From Bacteroidota bacterium (GTDB lineage Bacteria; Bacteroidota; Ignavibacteria; UBA10030; UBA8401), in assembly GCA_013361065.1 (NCBI GenBank), contig JABWAK010000001.1, positions 4,547-68,546 of the forward strand: a stretch of DNA of 64,000 bases, in the 5' to 3' direction. The notes under the pieces were generated by a model. The model was not told the DNA's origin and ran no database searches. It worked only from the letters and a program-made list of their open reading frames with translations. Numbering within the stretch: the first letter of the stretch is position 1; each line of letters starts with the position of its first letter. Of the stretch, positions 1 through 10,131 are shown one piece after another. Made by a program: the position numbers and the translations under genes.

Positions 1-56
1 CGGGGCAGAAGAACAGGTCCTGCATTTCAGCTATCCCACATAACCGACGGTTCTCT

Positions 57-482
57 ATGGAACAACGGCTCACCTTCATCACGCTCGGCGTGAACGACCT
101 TGCGGTCTCGCGGAAATTCTACGAAGGACTCTTCGGCTGGAGACCGGAAGCGAACAGCAGCGGCGATGTGGTCTTCTTTCGTCTGAACGGCATCGTGCTC
201 TCCCTCTTTCCGCGCGAGGAACTGGCGAAGGATGCCGGCGTCCCGTCCAAAGGGAGCGGCTTCCGTCCGTTCACACTGGCCCATAATGTCCGCTCGGAGC
301 AGGAGGTGGATGCGCTGATCGCGCTGCTGCGGTCCAAGGGCGTCACGGTCGTCAAAGAGCCTCAGAAGGCGTTCTGGGGCGGTTATACGGCCTATATCAG
401 CGATCCGGACGGGAATCTGTGGGAGATCGCCTATAACCCATATATGCCGCTGGACCGGGCGGGGAATGTGTCGGGGGAATGA
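57..482 (+). CDS. VOC (glyoxalase/bleomycin-resistance/dioxygenase) family protein
   Basis: 141-aa ORF. The N-terminal LTFITLGVNDLAVSRKFYEGLFGW and C-terminal YISDPDGNLWEIAYNP are typical VOC-fold motifs. The stop overlaps the next ATG (ATGA at 479-482). Confidence 0.8.
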   Translation: MEQRLTFITLGVNDLAVSRKFYEGLFGWRPEANSSGDVVFFRLNGIVLSLFPREELAKDAGVPSKGSGFRPFTLAHNVRSEQEVDALIALLRSKGVTVVKEPQKAFWGGYTAYISDPDGNLWEIAYNPYMPLDRAGNVSGE

Positions 483-943
483 TGCTGCGGATCGTTCCGT
501 ATACAGAGGAGCGGCGCGATGATTTCCGTCTGCTGAATGAGGAATGGCTGCGGAAGTACTTCACTCTGGAGCCGTTGGATATCGAACTGTTGTCTCAGCC
601 GGAGAAGAATATCATCGCTCCCGGAGGCGCGGTCTTTTTTGCGGAGCTGGAGGGAAGGATCGTCGGCACCGCGGCGATGATACCGCACGGTGAACGGGAA
701 TTCGAATTGGGGAAGATGGCCGTGACGGAAGCGGTGCAGGGGCGCGGTGTCGGTGCGGCATTGATGGAACGCTGCATCACATTCGCGCGGGAGAAGAATG
801 CTGCATCGGTCATCCTCTATAGCAATACCAAACTCGCCTCTGCCATTCATCTGTACCGCAAGTACGGCTTCGTCGAAATTCCGCTGCAGAGAAGCGGGTA
901 TGTCCGGACGAATATCATGATGGAGAAACGTCTCGGTCCATAA
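479..943 (+). CDS. GNAT family N-acetyltransferase
   Basis: 154-aa ORF with an acetyl-CoA-binding motif (VTEAVQGRGVGAALME) and YRKYGF near the C-terminus. Translationally coupled to the upstream VOC gene. Confidence 0.8.
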   Translation: MMLRIVPYTEERRDDFRLLNEEWLRKYFTLEPLDIELLSQPEKNIIAPGGAVFFAELEGRIVGTAAMIPHGEREFELGKMAVTEAVQGRGVGAALMERCITFAREKNAASVILYSNTKLASAIHLYRKYGFVEIPLQRSGYVRTNIMMEKRLGP

Positions 944-958
944 CCCACGGATGCGCCG

Positions 959-3034
959 TCACTCCGGCTGTTCGTTCGCAGAGCGCAGATACTGTTTCGC
1001 TGATTCCACCGCTTCGTGTGTCCCGCTCAGCGCGAGCACATCACCTTCCTGCAGTTGTTCCGTTGCTTTCGGTGCCACGACTCCTCCGTCCTTCCGCATG
1101 ATCGCCAGCACGGTCGCACCGGTCACGCCGCGCAGATTGAGCTGCGCCAATGTCTTCCCGACGCACGGATCGCTTCCCGACAGTTGTGCGGAGACCAGAT
1201 CGCCGAGTCCCGGCAGCATCTGATGTACTTCCGAGAGGCGTTCTTCGCCGCTCTTCGGCGGTCTGCTGCCGTGCGCATGACTGTTGAGTGCGGCGGCGAC
1301 CACTTCCGCGCCGGCACGGACATGTCCCTGCAGATCGGTCGCATTCCTCCAGAACACCACCGCCAGGATCACCAGGATCGGTACCACCACCGCAATAGCG
1401 GGAACGGAAGGAACGAACGGCTGCGACACTGCCAGCAGCGGCAATCCCACCAGCAGGATGCTCCCCAACTGCAGCGTCACCACCAGCATCCGCCGGGGCG
1501 CGGCATCCAGATCCACGCGTCCCTCCTGCTTCGCAGGGAGCGCCATGCGCGCAAAATAGAGACCGAGTTTCTTGCCGACGCGGATGATGCCGAAGCAGAA
1601 CGGGAACGCCAGCGCAGCGGCGGTGATGATCACCCCGGCGCGGATCATCGTTCCGGAGAGGTCGATCACTCCGCTGATCACACGGACGATGCTCTCCATC
1701 CCTATCGAAGTCCCGATCACGATCGCTCCCAGCACGGCGCCGTCCAGCAGCATCCGCCGCAGCAGCCGCTGCACCGGTCCGGCACTCTTCCGGTTCTCGA
1801 ACCGCAGTCGGACCTCCTCGATCCAGCTGCCGTATAAAGTAGCGAAGGTCTGCAGCGGTTTCGGAAGTTTACGGTCCAGCCAATTCGCCGCCGGTCCGGA
1901 CGCGCGGATCAGCAGCGGTGTCGTCAGCGTGGTGATGGCGGAGACCGCCACGGTGATGGGATAGAGGAAATTCCCGGTCGCATTGAGCGACAACCCCAGT
2001 CCGGCGATGATGAAGGAGAACTCCCCGATCTGCGCCATGCTCATCCCTGCTTTCACGGAAGTGCGCATTCCTGCTCCGGTCAGGAATGTTCCGGCGGCAA
2101 CGCCAAGGAACTTCACCACGATCACCGCCAGGGTGATGACGGCGATCTCGGGCAGGTACTGTACGATCACACCGGGGTCGATCAGCATGCCGACGGAGAC
2201 GAAGAAGACCGCGGCGAACATATCCCGCACCGGTTCCACCAGATGCTCCACTTCCTTCTCCTCCCCCGATTCCGCGATGAGCGAGCCGGCAAGGAACGCA
2301 CCGAGCGCCACCGAGTACCCGAACTGCTGCGCCAGCAGCGCGATGGCGAAACAGAAGCCGATGCTCGCCACCAGCGTCGTTTCTTTCCGTTTGAGCGCGT
2401 TGATGCTCCGCATCATCGGCGGGACGAAGAACAGTCCGAGCACGATGACGCCGGCCAGGAAGAAGGTCAGTTTCCCGATGGTCATCATGAGCGGACCGGC
2501 GGAAAGTCCGCTGCCCGATGCGATACCGGTGAAGACCGCCATGAACAGGATGCCGATGAGGTCCTCCACGATCAGCACGCCGACGACGATCTCGCGGTGC
2601 TTGCCGGTGATGCGCTGCTCGTCGAACACTTTCGCGATGATGGTCGTGCTGGAGATGGCGATGATGGCGCCGAGGAAGAGGCTTTCGATGGTGGTCCATC
2701 CGAACAACTGACCGAGCGTGTACCCGGTCCAGACGAGGATGCTGCTCTGGATGACGCCGATGATGCCGGCGGTGGAACCGATCTGCGCCAGTTTGCGCAG
2801 ACTGAATTCGAGACCGAGCGAGAACATCAGCAGGATCACCCCAAGCTCGGAGAGGGTCGTGACGATCGCCTGGTCCGCCACGAGCGGGATCGGCACGTGC
2901 GGTCCCACGATGACGCCGGCCAGGACATAGCCGAGCACCACCGGCTGGCGCAGCCGCTGGAACAGCACCGTCGTCACTGCGGCAACGCAGAGGACGATGG
3001 TGATGGCATTCAAAAAAGCGTGGATATCGGTCAT
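959..3034 (-). CDS. Cation:proton antiporter (CPA2/Kef-type) with C-terminal RCK/TrkA-C domain
   Basis: 691-aa polytopic hydrophobic protein. The N-terminus (VVLGYVLAGVIVGPH...LGVILLMFSLGLEFS) is typical of Na+/H+-exchanger-fold Kef/YbaL proteins. The C-terminal GKTLAQLNLRGVTGATVLAIMRKDG...LQEGDVLALSG resembles TrkA-C. Confidence 0.85.
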   Translation of the reverse strand: MTDIHAFLNAITIVLCVAAVTTVLFQRLRQPVVLGYVLAGVIVGPHVPIPLVADQAIVTTLSELGVILLMFSLGLEFSLRKLAQIGSTAGIIGVIQSSILVWTGYTLGQLFGWTTIESLFLGAIIAISSTTIIAKVFDEQRITGKHREIVVGVLIVEDLIGILFMAVFTGIASGSGLSAGPLMMTIGKLTFFLAGVIVLGLFFVPPMMRSINALKRKETTLVASIGFCFAIALLAQQFGYSVALGAFLAGSLIAESGEEKEVEHLVEPVRDMFAAVFFVSVGMLIDPGVIVQYLPEIAVITLAVIVVKFLGVAAGTFLTGAGMRTSVKAGMSMAQIGEFSFIIAGLGLSLNATGNFLYPITVAVSAITTLTTPLLIRASGPAANWLDRKLPKPLQTFATLYGSWIEEVRLRFENRKSAGPVQRLLRRMLLDGAVLGAIVIGTSIGMESIVRVISGVIDLSGTMIRAGVIITAAALAFPFCFGIIRVGKKLGLYFARMALPAKQEGRVDLDAAPRRMLVVTLQLGSILLVGLPLLAVSQPFVPSVPAIAVVVPILVILAVVFWRNATDLQGHVRAGAEVVAAALNSHAHGSRPPKSGEERLSEVHQMLPGLGDLVSAQLSGSDPCVGKTLAQLNLRGVTGATVLAIMRKDGGVVAPKATEQLQEGDVLALSGTHEAVESAKQYLRSANEQPE

Positions 3035-3232
3035 GCCGGAGTAGTCGTAGAAATGGTTTGTAACGGGTCTATGGTTTCTCTGTTCCTATGTGTTTCCGCT
3101 TTTTTTCCAGATCGGTCATCAATGTGGTCATGGTCTGGATTCAAGAGTAATGTAACAAATATCCGTAACGGTGCAATCGTCCGGCGGAATTTTTTACTGC
3201 GGGAAGTACATGGTGCGGACACAGAAAGGAAC

Positions 3233-3262
3233 GCGCGCAGGAACGGCATCGTTCCCGCGCGC
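3233..3262 (-). terminator. Putative intrinsic terminator after the ASST-like gene
   Basis: 13-bp GC-rich stem with one mismatch (gcgcgcaggaacg / cgttcccgcgcgc) and a 4-nt loop. On the minus strand it is followed by TCCTTTCT. Lies 9 nt past the stop at 3271. Confidence 0.4.
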
Positions 3263-3270
3263 AGAGCAGA

Positions 3271-4797
3271 TCACTTGATGAGGGTCATCCGTTTGGTGAG
3301 GACAACGGAGCCGGCGGTGAGCCGGTAGAAATAGACGCCGGACGGAAGCGCGGATGCATCGAACGATTCGGTGTACGTACCTGCCTTCTGCGGACGGCGG
3401 ACGATATCGCTCACATGACGTCCGAGTGCATCGAACACCGCGAGCGTCACGTCGCTTTCTTTCGGCACTGAGTACTGGATGGTGGTAACAGGATTGAATG
3501 GATTCGGGAAGTTCTGTTCCAGCGATACAGATGCCGGCACCAGTGCATCATCGTCGACACCTGCTATGATGTTCTTCAGTCCCGGATACTCCGGCGCATA
3601 CCGCAGCGCACGCACCACCTCGCCGCCGCGGTTGTACGTCCAGACATCCTTGCCGGCCGGGTCCACCTCGCGCAGGAATCCGGTGGTCGATTCCACTGCG
3701 AGCGTATTGCCGTTGGGAAGCCGCTGCAGTCCGCCGAGATGATTGGAATAGAAATCAGCCGCGGTATAACTCCAATACGGTGTTGCCGGTCCGAACGCTG
3801 CCCCGGCGGCATACGAATAGAATCCCGCACTGTCCTGCGGCGGATTCAACTCCACGACCATGGAGGTGCCCTGTCCCTCGCGGTTATTGAACGCCATGAT
3901 GTGACCTCCGCCGGGGAGCGAATCCGGTATCCAGATGGCGCAGTGGACCACTTTGAACACCTGTGTACCGGGCGCACCGTGATTGGACGGCATCCCCCAG
4001 CGGTAGAGGATGTCGCCCCCTTTGCCATAGCGGCCGCCGGTATGCCCCGCCGCTTCGGCGGTCGTCGTACTGTGGTCGATCACATACACTTCATTCAGAT
4101 TGTGCGAGGAGACAACGATCTGGTCGAGCCGCGCATTGTAGCTGATGCCGTTGAAGTGCATCCAGTCGGTGTTCGTCGCCAGATTGATATTGATCAGCTC
4201 CGGATGGTCCTTCACCACGCCATAGTTCGCTTTGGATGCATCGTACTGCTGCACCAGATGGTCCCACGCATGCCATTGCCAGACGATATTGCCGCCGGTG
4301 GTGCCGACCGGCTGCACTTCGATGATATGCTCCGGCCAGAGCGCCAGGCTCTTGTTGAGTCCCGCCGCCACCGCCTGCGCCGCCGTCTTCGCCTCCCACG
4401 CGATGATGAGTACATTGCCGTTCGGCATCGGTTCGATATCGTGATGGGCGCGGACGCTGCTGGTGCTATAGGTGTATTCCCAGACGAGAGTGTTGTTCCC
4501 GTCCACCCTCTGCACTACACCCTGGGCTCCGCCGCCGTTCAATCCGCCGCTGCTCGCCATCGCCGTGCGCAGCACCGTGCCGTCCGGAAGCAGATATGCC
4601 GAATATCCTCCCGTCCGCGAGAAGTTCCAGGTCTTCACCACGGTGTTGCTCATGTTCACAAGGTAGGCGTTCCGGGAATTGCTGACCCCGAAGAAGGTGT
4701 AGCCGTTGAATGCCTGTGCAGAAAGGAACTGCAGCGCAAGGACCGTTCCATAGAACCATGAGGGGAACCGGCGGAACGGCCGGTGTGCGTTGATCAT
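3271..4797 (-). CDS. Secreted beta-propeller protein, arylsulfotransferase(ASST)-like, with T9SS C-terminal sorting domain
   Basis: 508 aa with an N-terminal signal-like segment (FYGTVLALQFLSAQA). Motifs NGNVLIIAWE, WQWHAWDHL and DWMHFNGISYNARLDQIVVSSHNLNEVYVIDH recall ASST-type propellers. The C-terminus (LEQNFPNPFNPVTTIQY...GVYFYRLTAGSVVLTKRMTLIK) is a T9SS type-A CTD. The functional call is tentative. Confidence 0.7.
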   Translation of the reverse strand: MINAHRPFRRFPSWFYGTVLALQFLSAQAFNGYTFFGVSNSRNAYLVNMSNTVVKTWNFSRTGGYSAYLLPDGTVLRTAMASSGGLNGGGAQGVVQRVDGNNTLVWEYTYSTSSVRAHHDIEPMPNGNVLIIAWEAKTAAQAVAAGLNKSLALWPEHIIEVQPVGTTGGNIVWQWHAWDHLVQQYDASKANYGVVKDHPELININLATNTDWMHFNGISYNARLDQIVVSSHNLNEVYVIDHSTTTAEAAGHTGGRYGKGGDILYRWGMPSNHGAPGTQVFKVVHCAIWIPDSLPGGGHIMAFNNREGQGTSMVVELNPPQDSAGFYSYAAGAAFGPATPYWSYTAADFYSNHLGGLQRLPNGNTLAVESTTGFLREVDPAGKDVWTYNRGGEVVRALRYAPEYPGLKNIIAGVDDDALVPASVSLEQNFPNPFNPVTTIQYSVPKESDVTLAVFDALGRHVSDIVRRPQKAGTYTESFDASALPSGVYFYRLTAGSVVLTKRMTLIK

Positions 4798-4839
4798 AGT
4801 ACTCCAAACATTGATGATAGTGTTCTGTTCATTCGTCCG

Positions 4840-6975
4840 TTACTTGAGCAGCAGCATCCGTTTCGTTTCCGTCACCGCACCGGCTGTGAGCCGGTAGAAA
4901 TAGACGCCGCCGGCAAGAGCAGATGCATCGAAGCGGACGGTGTGCGGTCCTGCTGCCAGTTCACCGTTCACCAGCATGCGCACCTCCCGTCCGGTGATGT
5001 CGTACACACTCAGCCGCGCCTGCTGCTGTTCCGGGAGGAGGAACGAAATGGTCGTGGAGGGATTGAAGGGATTCGGGTAGTTCTGTGCGAGACCGATGCT
5101 GTTCGGCATGGCGGCTGGTCCGACGGCGAGAGGACCGTTCGTCGTTGCGAGGATCGTGCCGCCGCTGCCGGCGATGAATGCCGAGCCGGGCGTCGGAGCA
5201 TACACGGCGCGGAGGGCATTCGCCGTCCCGGAAGGTTCATGGACCCATGACGCTCCGCCATTGACGGTGTGCAGTACCGCACCGTTGGCGCCGACCGCAT
5301 AACCGTTCACACCGTCGGGCAGATGGACGCTGTGCATCGCATCGGCGATGCCGGACACCGTGTTGTTCCATGTGGTCCCGCCGTCCGTTGTCCGGAGCAT
5401 CACGGCTTCAAGACCGAAGTTCTCCCCTCCCGCAGCGATGCCGTGCAGTGCATCCGTGAAGCGGAGTCCCCAGATCATCGTTTGCTCCTTCGTCAGGACG
5501 CTGTTCCAGGAGTTGCCGCCGTTGGTGGAACGGAGAATCACCGCTGTTCCGCCGTAATCATCCCCTCCCGCCGCATAGATCGTATTCGCATCGATGCACC
5601 AGACGGACGAGAGCAGATTGCTGACACCGCTCGTCAGAGTCGTCCATTCCGCCCCGCCGTTGGTCGTGCGGAGGATCGCGCCGAAATATCCTGCCGCGAA
5701 AACCGTCCTGCCGCTGATTCCGTGGATGCTGTAGAGCCAGTCCGATACCGGAACGGTTTGCTTGGTCCAGGAAACGCCGCCGTCGGTCGTGCGCAGGATC
5801 GTGCCGGCATCACCGGCAGTATAGCCCGTATCCGCATTCGCGAACCAGACCGATTGCAGAAGGTTCGTTGTCCCGGTGATCTGTTTCGTCCATTGTGCGC
5901 CGCCGTTGGTCGTACGCAGCACGGTACCGAAATCGCCGACAGCGACCCCGGCGGCGGGTGCGGTGAAGACCATCGATGTGAGTGCATCCGTAGTACCGGC
6001 GGAGCGGACGGTCCACTGGACCCCGCCGTCCTCGGTTGTCATGACAAGGCCATTCTCACCGACAACAACACCGTTCGCCGCTTCGAAGGAGGCGAAAGAA
6101 GCCGCCATGAATGCGGTCGTTGTACCGGTCGTACTCGCACTCCAATGCACTCCGCCGTCGGTCGTGCGGAGGAAAGTGCCGCTGCTGCCGGCAGCATAGG
6201 CATGATCGGCATCTGCAAGCTGGATGGACTGCAGCCACTCGAAGGAGTCCGTTGTCAGTTTCGTCCAGCTGCTGCCGCCGTTCGTTGTCTTCAGAATGGT
6301 GCCGCCGCTTCCTGCCGCCATACCGGTGAGCGAATCGAAGAATGAGAGCGATTGGATCCAGTTGCTGGTGCCGCTCACCTGCAGATTCCACGTGATGCCG
6401 CCGTCCGTACTCTTCACGATCGTACCGGCGACACCGGCTGCATACACGGTGGTCGGTGTCGGTGCATCGACGGCAGAGAGTGTCGCAGTAGCATGAGCGG
6501 TGTGGAGCGACCAGGTCAGTCCGCCGTCGGTGGTGCGTGCCACCCTTCCTCCTGCGCCGGAGGGATCGCCGCCCGCAGCGAATCCGGCGGTGAACGAAGC
6601 GAAATCCATCGCGGCGAATGACGCAGCGCTGTCACTGAACCGCTGCGACCACGCCCCGTCGTACCGCAGAATGCGTCCATCGGCCGTCGCCGCATACCAA
6701 TCGGAAACGGTGAAACACCAGAGCGCCGTGATAGAAGCGGAGACCGGCAAACCGCCGACTATGACGGTGCTGCGGTTCCAGGTGACACCTTTATCGGTCG
6801 ACTGGATGATCGTCCCGGCGTCCCCGGCCGCTGCGAAGCGGTTCGCGGTGAGCATCCGCGCCGCACGGAGTGTATTCCCCTGCGGCAGCGGATTCTGCCA
6901 GTTCCAGACCTGTGCCGGAAGCGGCAGCGCGAAGAACAATAAGAGAGCGAGTGCCGGGATCGATGATGGGTTCAT
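4840..6975 (-). CDS. BNR/Ycf48-like (sortilin-Vps10 type) repeat propeller protein with T9SS CTD
   Basis: Start chosen at MNPSSIPALALLLFFALPLPAQ (signal peptide). There are more than 10 repeats of the form (S/T)TDGG.(S/T)W (e.g. TTDGGLTWS, STDGGITWN, TTNGGSSWT, TTDGGVHWS). The C-terminus is QNYPNPFNPSTTISF...GVYFYRLTAGAVTETKRMLLLK. Confidence 0.8.
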   Translation of the reverse strand: MNPSSIPALALLLFFALPLPAQVWNWQNPLPQGNTLRAARMLTANRFAAAGDAGTIIQSTDKGVTWNRSTVIVGGLPVSASITALWCFTVSDWYAATADGRILRYDGAWSQRFSDSAASFAAMDFASFTAGFAAGGDPSGAGGRVARTTDGGLTWSLHTAHATATLSAVDAPTPTTVYAAGVAGTIVKSTDGGITWNLQVSGTSNWIQSLSFFDSLTGMAAGSGGTILKTTNGGSSWTKLTTDSFEWLQSIQLADADHAYAAGSSGTFLRTTDGGVHWSASTTGTTTAFMAASFASFEAANGVVVGENGLVMTTEDGGVQWTVRSAGTTDALTSMVFTAPAAGVAVGDFGTVLRTTNGGAQWTKQITGTTNLLQSVWFANADTGYTAGDAGTILRTTDGGVSWTKQTVPVSDWLYSIHGISGRTVFAAGYFGAILRTTNGGAEWTTLTSGVSNLLSSVWCIDANTIYAAGGDDYGGTAVILRSTNGGNSWNSVLTKEQTMIWGLRFTDALHGIAAGGENFGLEAVMLRTTDGGTTWNNTVSGIADAMHSVHLPDGVNGYAVGANGAVLHTVNGGASWVHEPSGTANALRAVYAPTPGSAFIAGSGGTILATTNGPLAVGPAAMPNSIGLAQNYPNPFNPSTTISFLLPEQQQARLSVYDITGREVRMLVNGELAAGPHTVRFDASALAGGVYFYRLTAGAVTETKRMLLLK

Positions 6976-7014
6976 TATTCTGCGATAACGAGCGTGGTGC
7001 ATAGTTCATTTCCA

Positions 7015-9927
7015 CTATTTGATAAGCATCATCCGGCGTGTCTGTACATAGCCTCCGGCGCTGATGCGGTAGAGATAGATGCCGCTCGACAGCCGCGAGG
7101 CGTCGAAGGAGACCGTGTGCGTGCCGGCAGAACGTGCATCGTTCACTAGAACGGCGATCTCTTTGCCGATGATATCGTACACCGTCAGCCGTACTGCGGA
7201 TGCGCGCGGCAGCTGATAGGTGATGGTCGTGTTCGGGTTGAACGGATTGGGATGGTTCTGCAGCAATGCATACTCCGTCGGTACCGCAGCAGCAGCGCCG
7301 GACACCGACACCTGTACATCCTTGTTCTCTGCTGCCGGCGTCGGCACCACCTGCTTGAACGGTCCGCTGCCGTCCGGAATGCGTGCCATGGACATGTTCG
7401 CCGTCTGCGCACCGAAGGTGACGGAGTCGATCACCGTACCGTTCGCCGACGAGAGCATGATCTCCTCTCCGCTGGCGGAGAGTTTGATCATCGCATGGAT
7501 CCCCGCCTGTCCGGAATCCTCATCGCACCAGACCAGCAGATATCCTTTCGGTGCGATGCTCGTGCCGGCAGAGAAACTCCATTTGGCCGGCAGGTCGTAA
7601 TTGTCCGACAGCGAAACGCCGCCCAGGTCGATGACGCGGGTCGTCGTATTATAGAGTTCCACCCAATCCTCCGCTTCGCCGGCGGGATCGAGGATGAGCG
7701 TGTTGGAAGCGAGGAACTCGTTGATCACCACCTCGCCGGGGAGCAGCGAGGAGGGTTCGTTATTCACCCCCAGGGTCGGTATCCCCTGAACGAACGGCCC
7801 GGTGCCGTTCGGGATGCGGGCCATTGTCCGATTGGTGGTCTGCGCACCGAAAGCGACCGTATCCATCGCCGTCGTATCGGTCCCGCTCAGCACGATCCGT
7901 TCGCCGCTCTTGGACAGTTTGAACTTTGCATGCACCCCGGCCTGTCCGGAATCCTCATCCGCCCAGACCACAAGATAGCCGTTGGCAGGGATGGTGGTGC
8001 CAGCCGGGAACTTCCACTTTGCCGGGGTCAGATAGTCGTCCGACAGGAACATGCCGCCGAGATCGATGGTGCGGGATGCCGTGTTATAGAGTTCGATCCA
8101 GTCCTCTGCTTCACCGGCAGGATCGGTCAGCGAATCGTTATCCGCCGCGAATTCGTTGATCACCACCTCCCCTTTCGCCACCGGGATGACGCCGATGTTC
8201 ACAGCGCCCGGCGTGGGCAGGGATGTGTAGAACGGACCGGTGCCGTTCGGCACGCGTGACATCGTCCGGTTGAGTGCCTGCGCCCCGAAGGTGAGCGAGT
8301 CGATCACGGTGGAATCGGGATTGGAGAGGAGGAGCTGTTCGCCCCCGGCAGACAGTTTGATCAAGGCATGCAGTCCCGCCTGACCGGTATCCTCATCCGC
8401 CCAGATAACGAGATACCCTTTCGCGGGAATGGTCGTACCGTTCGGGAAGCTCCATTTGGCGGGATTCGCATAGGAGTCCGAGAGGCGGATACCGCCGAGA
8501 TCGATATCGTTCGCCGTGGTATTATAGAGTTCGATCCAATCCTCCGCTTCACCGGCAGGATCGAGGATGGAATCGTTCTGTGCGGCGAACTCATTGATCA
8601 CCACATCACCGGCGCTGATCCTGTTCGTCCAGTCGATCACCGCCGCCGCCAGCTGCTGCTTCACGCTCGTTTCGCGCGCCTGCAGGAACGACTTGATCCC
8701 CGGCTTGGTGGAACCGGCGCCCCCGGCAGCGATGATGGAACCGACAAGATTCGATTCGAACTGCTGGCTGGTGTACATCTTCTTCGGATCCGCCGACACG
8801 AACGGACGGATGACCGCGGCGATGCTGTCCGCGCGGGCCTGCAGCCGGGCAACGGAGAAGTGCTGCGTGAAGAGGGTGGAATAGGCTTTCAGATATTCAT
8901 TGCGCAGGTATGGTGTGTTGAGCACCTTGCCCAGCAGAGGACGCGTCGTGGCATTCGAGACATAGGTGATACTCAGCTGATCGAGATTGGAGAGGCTCGG
9001 CGCGTAGGCTCCAAAGCTCAGTCCCGTGTCCCAGACGATCCACTCCATCTTGCCGGTGGCAGGGAGGAAATAGACGTAGAAATTCCGCGCACTGTTGATG
9101 TAGGCATCGAGGTTCGCAAAGAGATTGTCCGCCGCCATGGTGCGGACGAAGTTCCGGAGATTCACCGCGGATGGTATCGCCGCGGCGGGAGCGGCGCTGT
9201 TGTTGACGCTGCCGATCACCCCTATCAGATCGTTCCACGGTGTGAGCGACTCCTCCGTCTTCAGTTCATAGCGCACCGCATAGGAATCGACAGCGGTACC
9301 ATAGTACCGGAAATCCGAAAAATAGTTCGCCCCCGGCCCGAAACCGTCGACCGCTTTGTAGAGATTCCCCGTCTTGTCGCCGTACCGGTCGGTCAGGAAG
9401 GTCTTATCCACATGTTCCACCATGGAGTAGAGTCCCCACGCCGCGCCGTTGATCTTCACAAAAGCATAATTGCTCCGCGGTGCGGCGATACCCGCATCGC
9501 GGAGGAAATCGAGATGCATCTTCTCGCGCATGAACGACGGATCGCCCCAGCCGTTGTTCAGATGGATGCTCTTCTCCCCGTCCCACCGGTACGCACTTTT
9601 GTACTCATCCAGACTCAGACGGATCGATTTCTTGTTGTTGGGATGCGTGAAGGAAGAATTACCTTTCAGCCGGACGCCGACCGAATCGAGCACCAGTGTG
9701 TCGTTCAGCGTCACCGTGCCGACCATGTACTGTTCCAGTCCCTGGTTATAATAATAGACGAGCGAATCCCAGTAATTGGGCTGGTTCATCTGAATGGCGA
9801 TGGAGTGTACTGTGATGCCGGCGAAGATGACATCGCCGGGATCCTGCGCCTGCAGCGGGACGATCATACCAAGCAACAGCAGGACTGCGGCGCTGCGCTG
9901 CCGGAACGTGGACCGTGGAACGTACAT
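7015..9927 (-). CDS. CotH kinase-like protein with three lamin-tail (LTD) domains and T9SS CTD
   Basis: Start chosen at MYVPRSTFRQRSAAVLLLLGMIVPLQAQ. The N-terminal half carries CotH-type motifs (IHLNNGWGDPSFMREKMHLDFLRDAGIAAPRSNYAFVKINGAAWGLYSMVEHVDKTFL...GNLYKA). Three ~130-aa tandem repeats follow (GEVVINEF...DPAGEAEDWIELYNT...IDLGG..LSD....AKW.FP.GT.I...GYL.VWADED.GQAG.HA..KLS), which are LTD-like. The C-terminus is QNHPNPFNPNTTITY...GIYLYRISAGGYVQTRRMMLIK. Confidence 0.85.
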   Translation of the reverse strand: MYVPRSTFRQRSAAVLLLLGMIVPLQAQDPGDVIFAGITVHSIAIQMNQPNYWDSLVYYYNQGLEQYMVGTVTLNDTLVLDSVGVRLKGNSSFTHPNNKKSIRLSLDEYKSAYRWDGEKSIHLNNGWGDPSFMREKMHLDFLRDAGIAAPRSNYAFVKINGAAWGLYSMVEHVDKTFLTDRYGDKTGNLYKAVDGFGPGANYFSDFRYYGTAVDSYAVRYELKTEESLTPWNDLIGVIGSVNNSAAPAAAIPSAVNLRNFVRTMAADNLFANLDAYINSARNFYVYFLPATGKMEWIVWDTGLSFGAYAPSLSNLDQLSITYVSNATTRPLLGKVLNTPYLRNEYLKAYSTLFTQHFSVARLQARADSIAAVIRPFVSADPKKMYTSQQFESNLVGSIIAAGGAGSTKPGIKSFLQARETSVKQQLAAAVIDWTNRISAGDVVINEFAAQNDSILDPAGEAEDWIELYNTTANDIDLGGIRLSDSYANPAKWSFPNGTTIPAKGYLVIWADEDTGQAGLHALIKLSAGGEQLLLSNPDSTVIDSLTFGAQALNRTMSRVPNGTGPFYTSLPTPGAVNIGVIPVAKGEVVINEFAADNDSLTDPAGEAEDWIELYNTASRTIDLGGMFLSDDYLTPAKWKFPAGTTIPANGYLVVWADEDSGQAGVHAKFKLSKSGERIVLSGTDTTAMDTVAFGAQTTNRTMARIPNGTGPFVQGIPTLGVNNEPSSLLPGEVVINEFLASNTLILDPAGEAEDWVELYNTTTRVIDLGGVSLSDNYDLPAKWSFSAGTSIAPKGYLLVWCDEDSGQAGIHAMIKLSASGEEIMLSSANGTVIDSVTFGAQTANMSMARIPDGSGPFKQVVPTPAAENKDVQVSVSGAAAAVPTEYALLQNHPNPFNPNTTITYQLPRASAVRLTVYDIIGKEIAVLVNDARSAGTHTVSFDASRLSSGIYLYRISAGGYVQTRRMMLIK

Positions 9928-10052
9928 GTCGAACTCCTGAGCGGATGATGGTGGAAGGAATGAGCGGGCCGGATGCAGCGATGAGGCGCCCCTTCCGGGA
10001 ATCTGCAAGAATAGTGCCATCTCAAAAAGGGGATTTCAGGCACAAAATGCAA

Positions 10053-10081
10053 CACCGGATGCAATGATGATGCATCCGGTG
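10053..10081 (-). terminator. Intrinsic terminator after the GH30 gene
   Basis: Perfect 11-bp stem (caccggatgca / tgcatccggtg) with a 7-nt loop. On the minus strand it is followed by TTGCATTTTGTG. Confidence 0.6.
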
Positions 10082-10131
10082 CATAAGGAGGCGCAGAATT
10101 TGCACGGCAGAACAGGCGGAAACGGCGCGTC

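Noticed and set aside
3031-3249. A 72-aa minus-strand ORF in the spacer upstream of the Kef-type antiporter, whose stop overlaps the antiporter ATG.
   Set aside because: Its start lies inside the terminator-like hairpin of the upstream gene. It has no SD and odd composition, and it sits in a locally AT-rich stretch that looks like promoter or 5'-UTR sequence. A leader peptide cannot be fully excluded.
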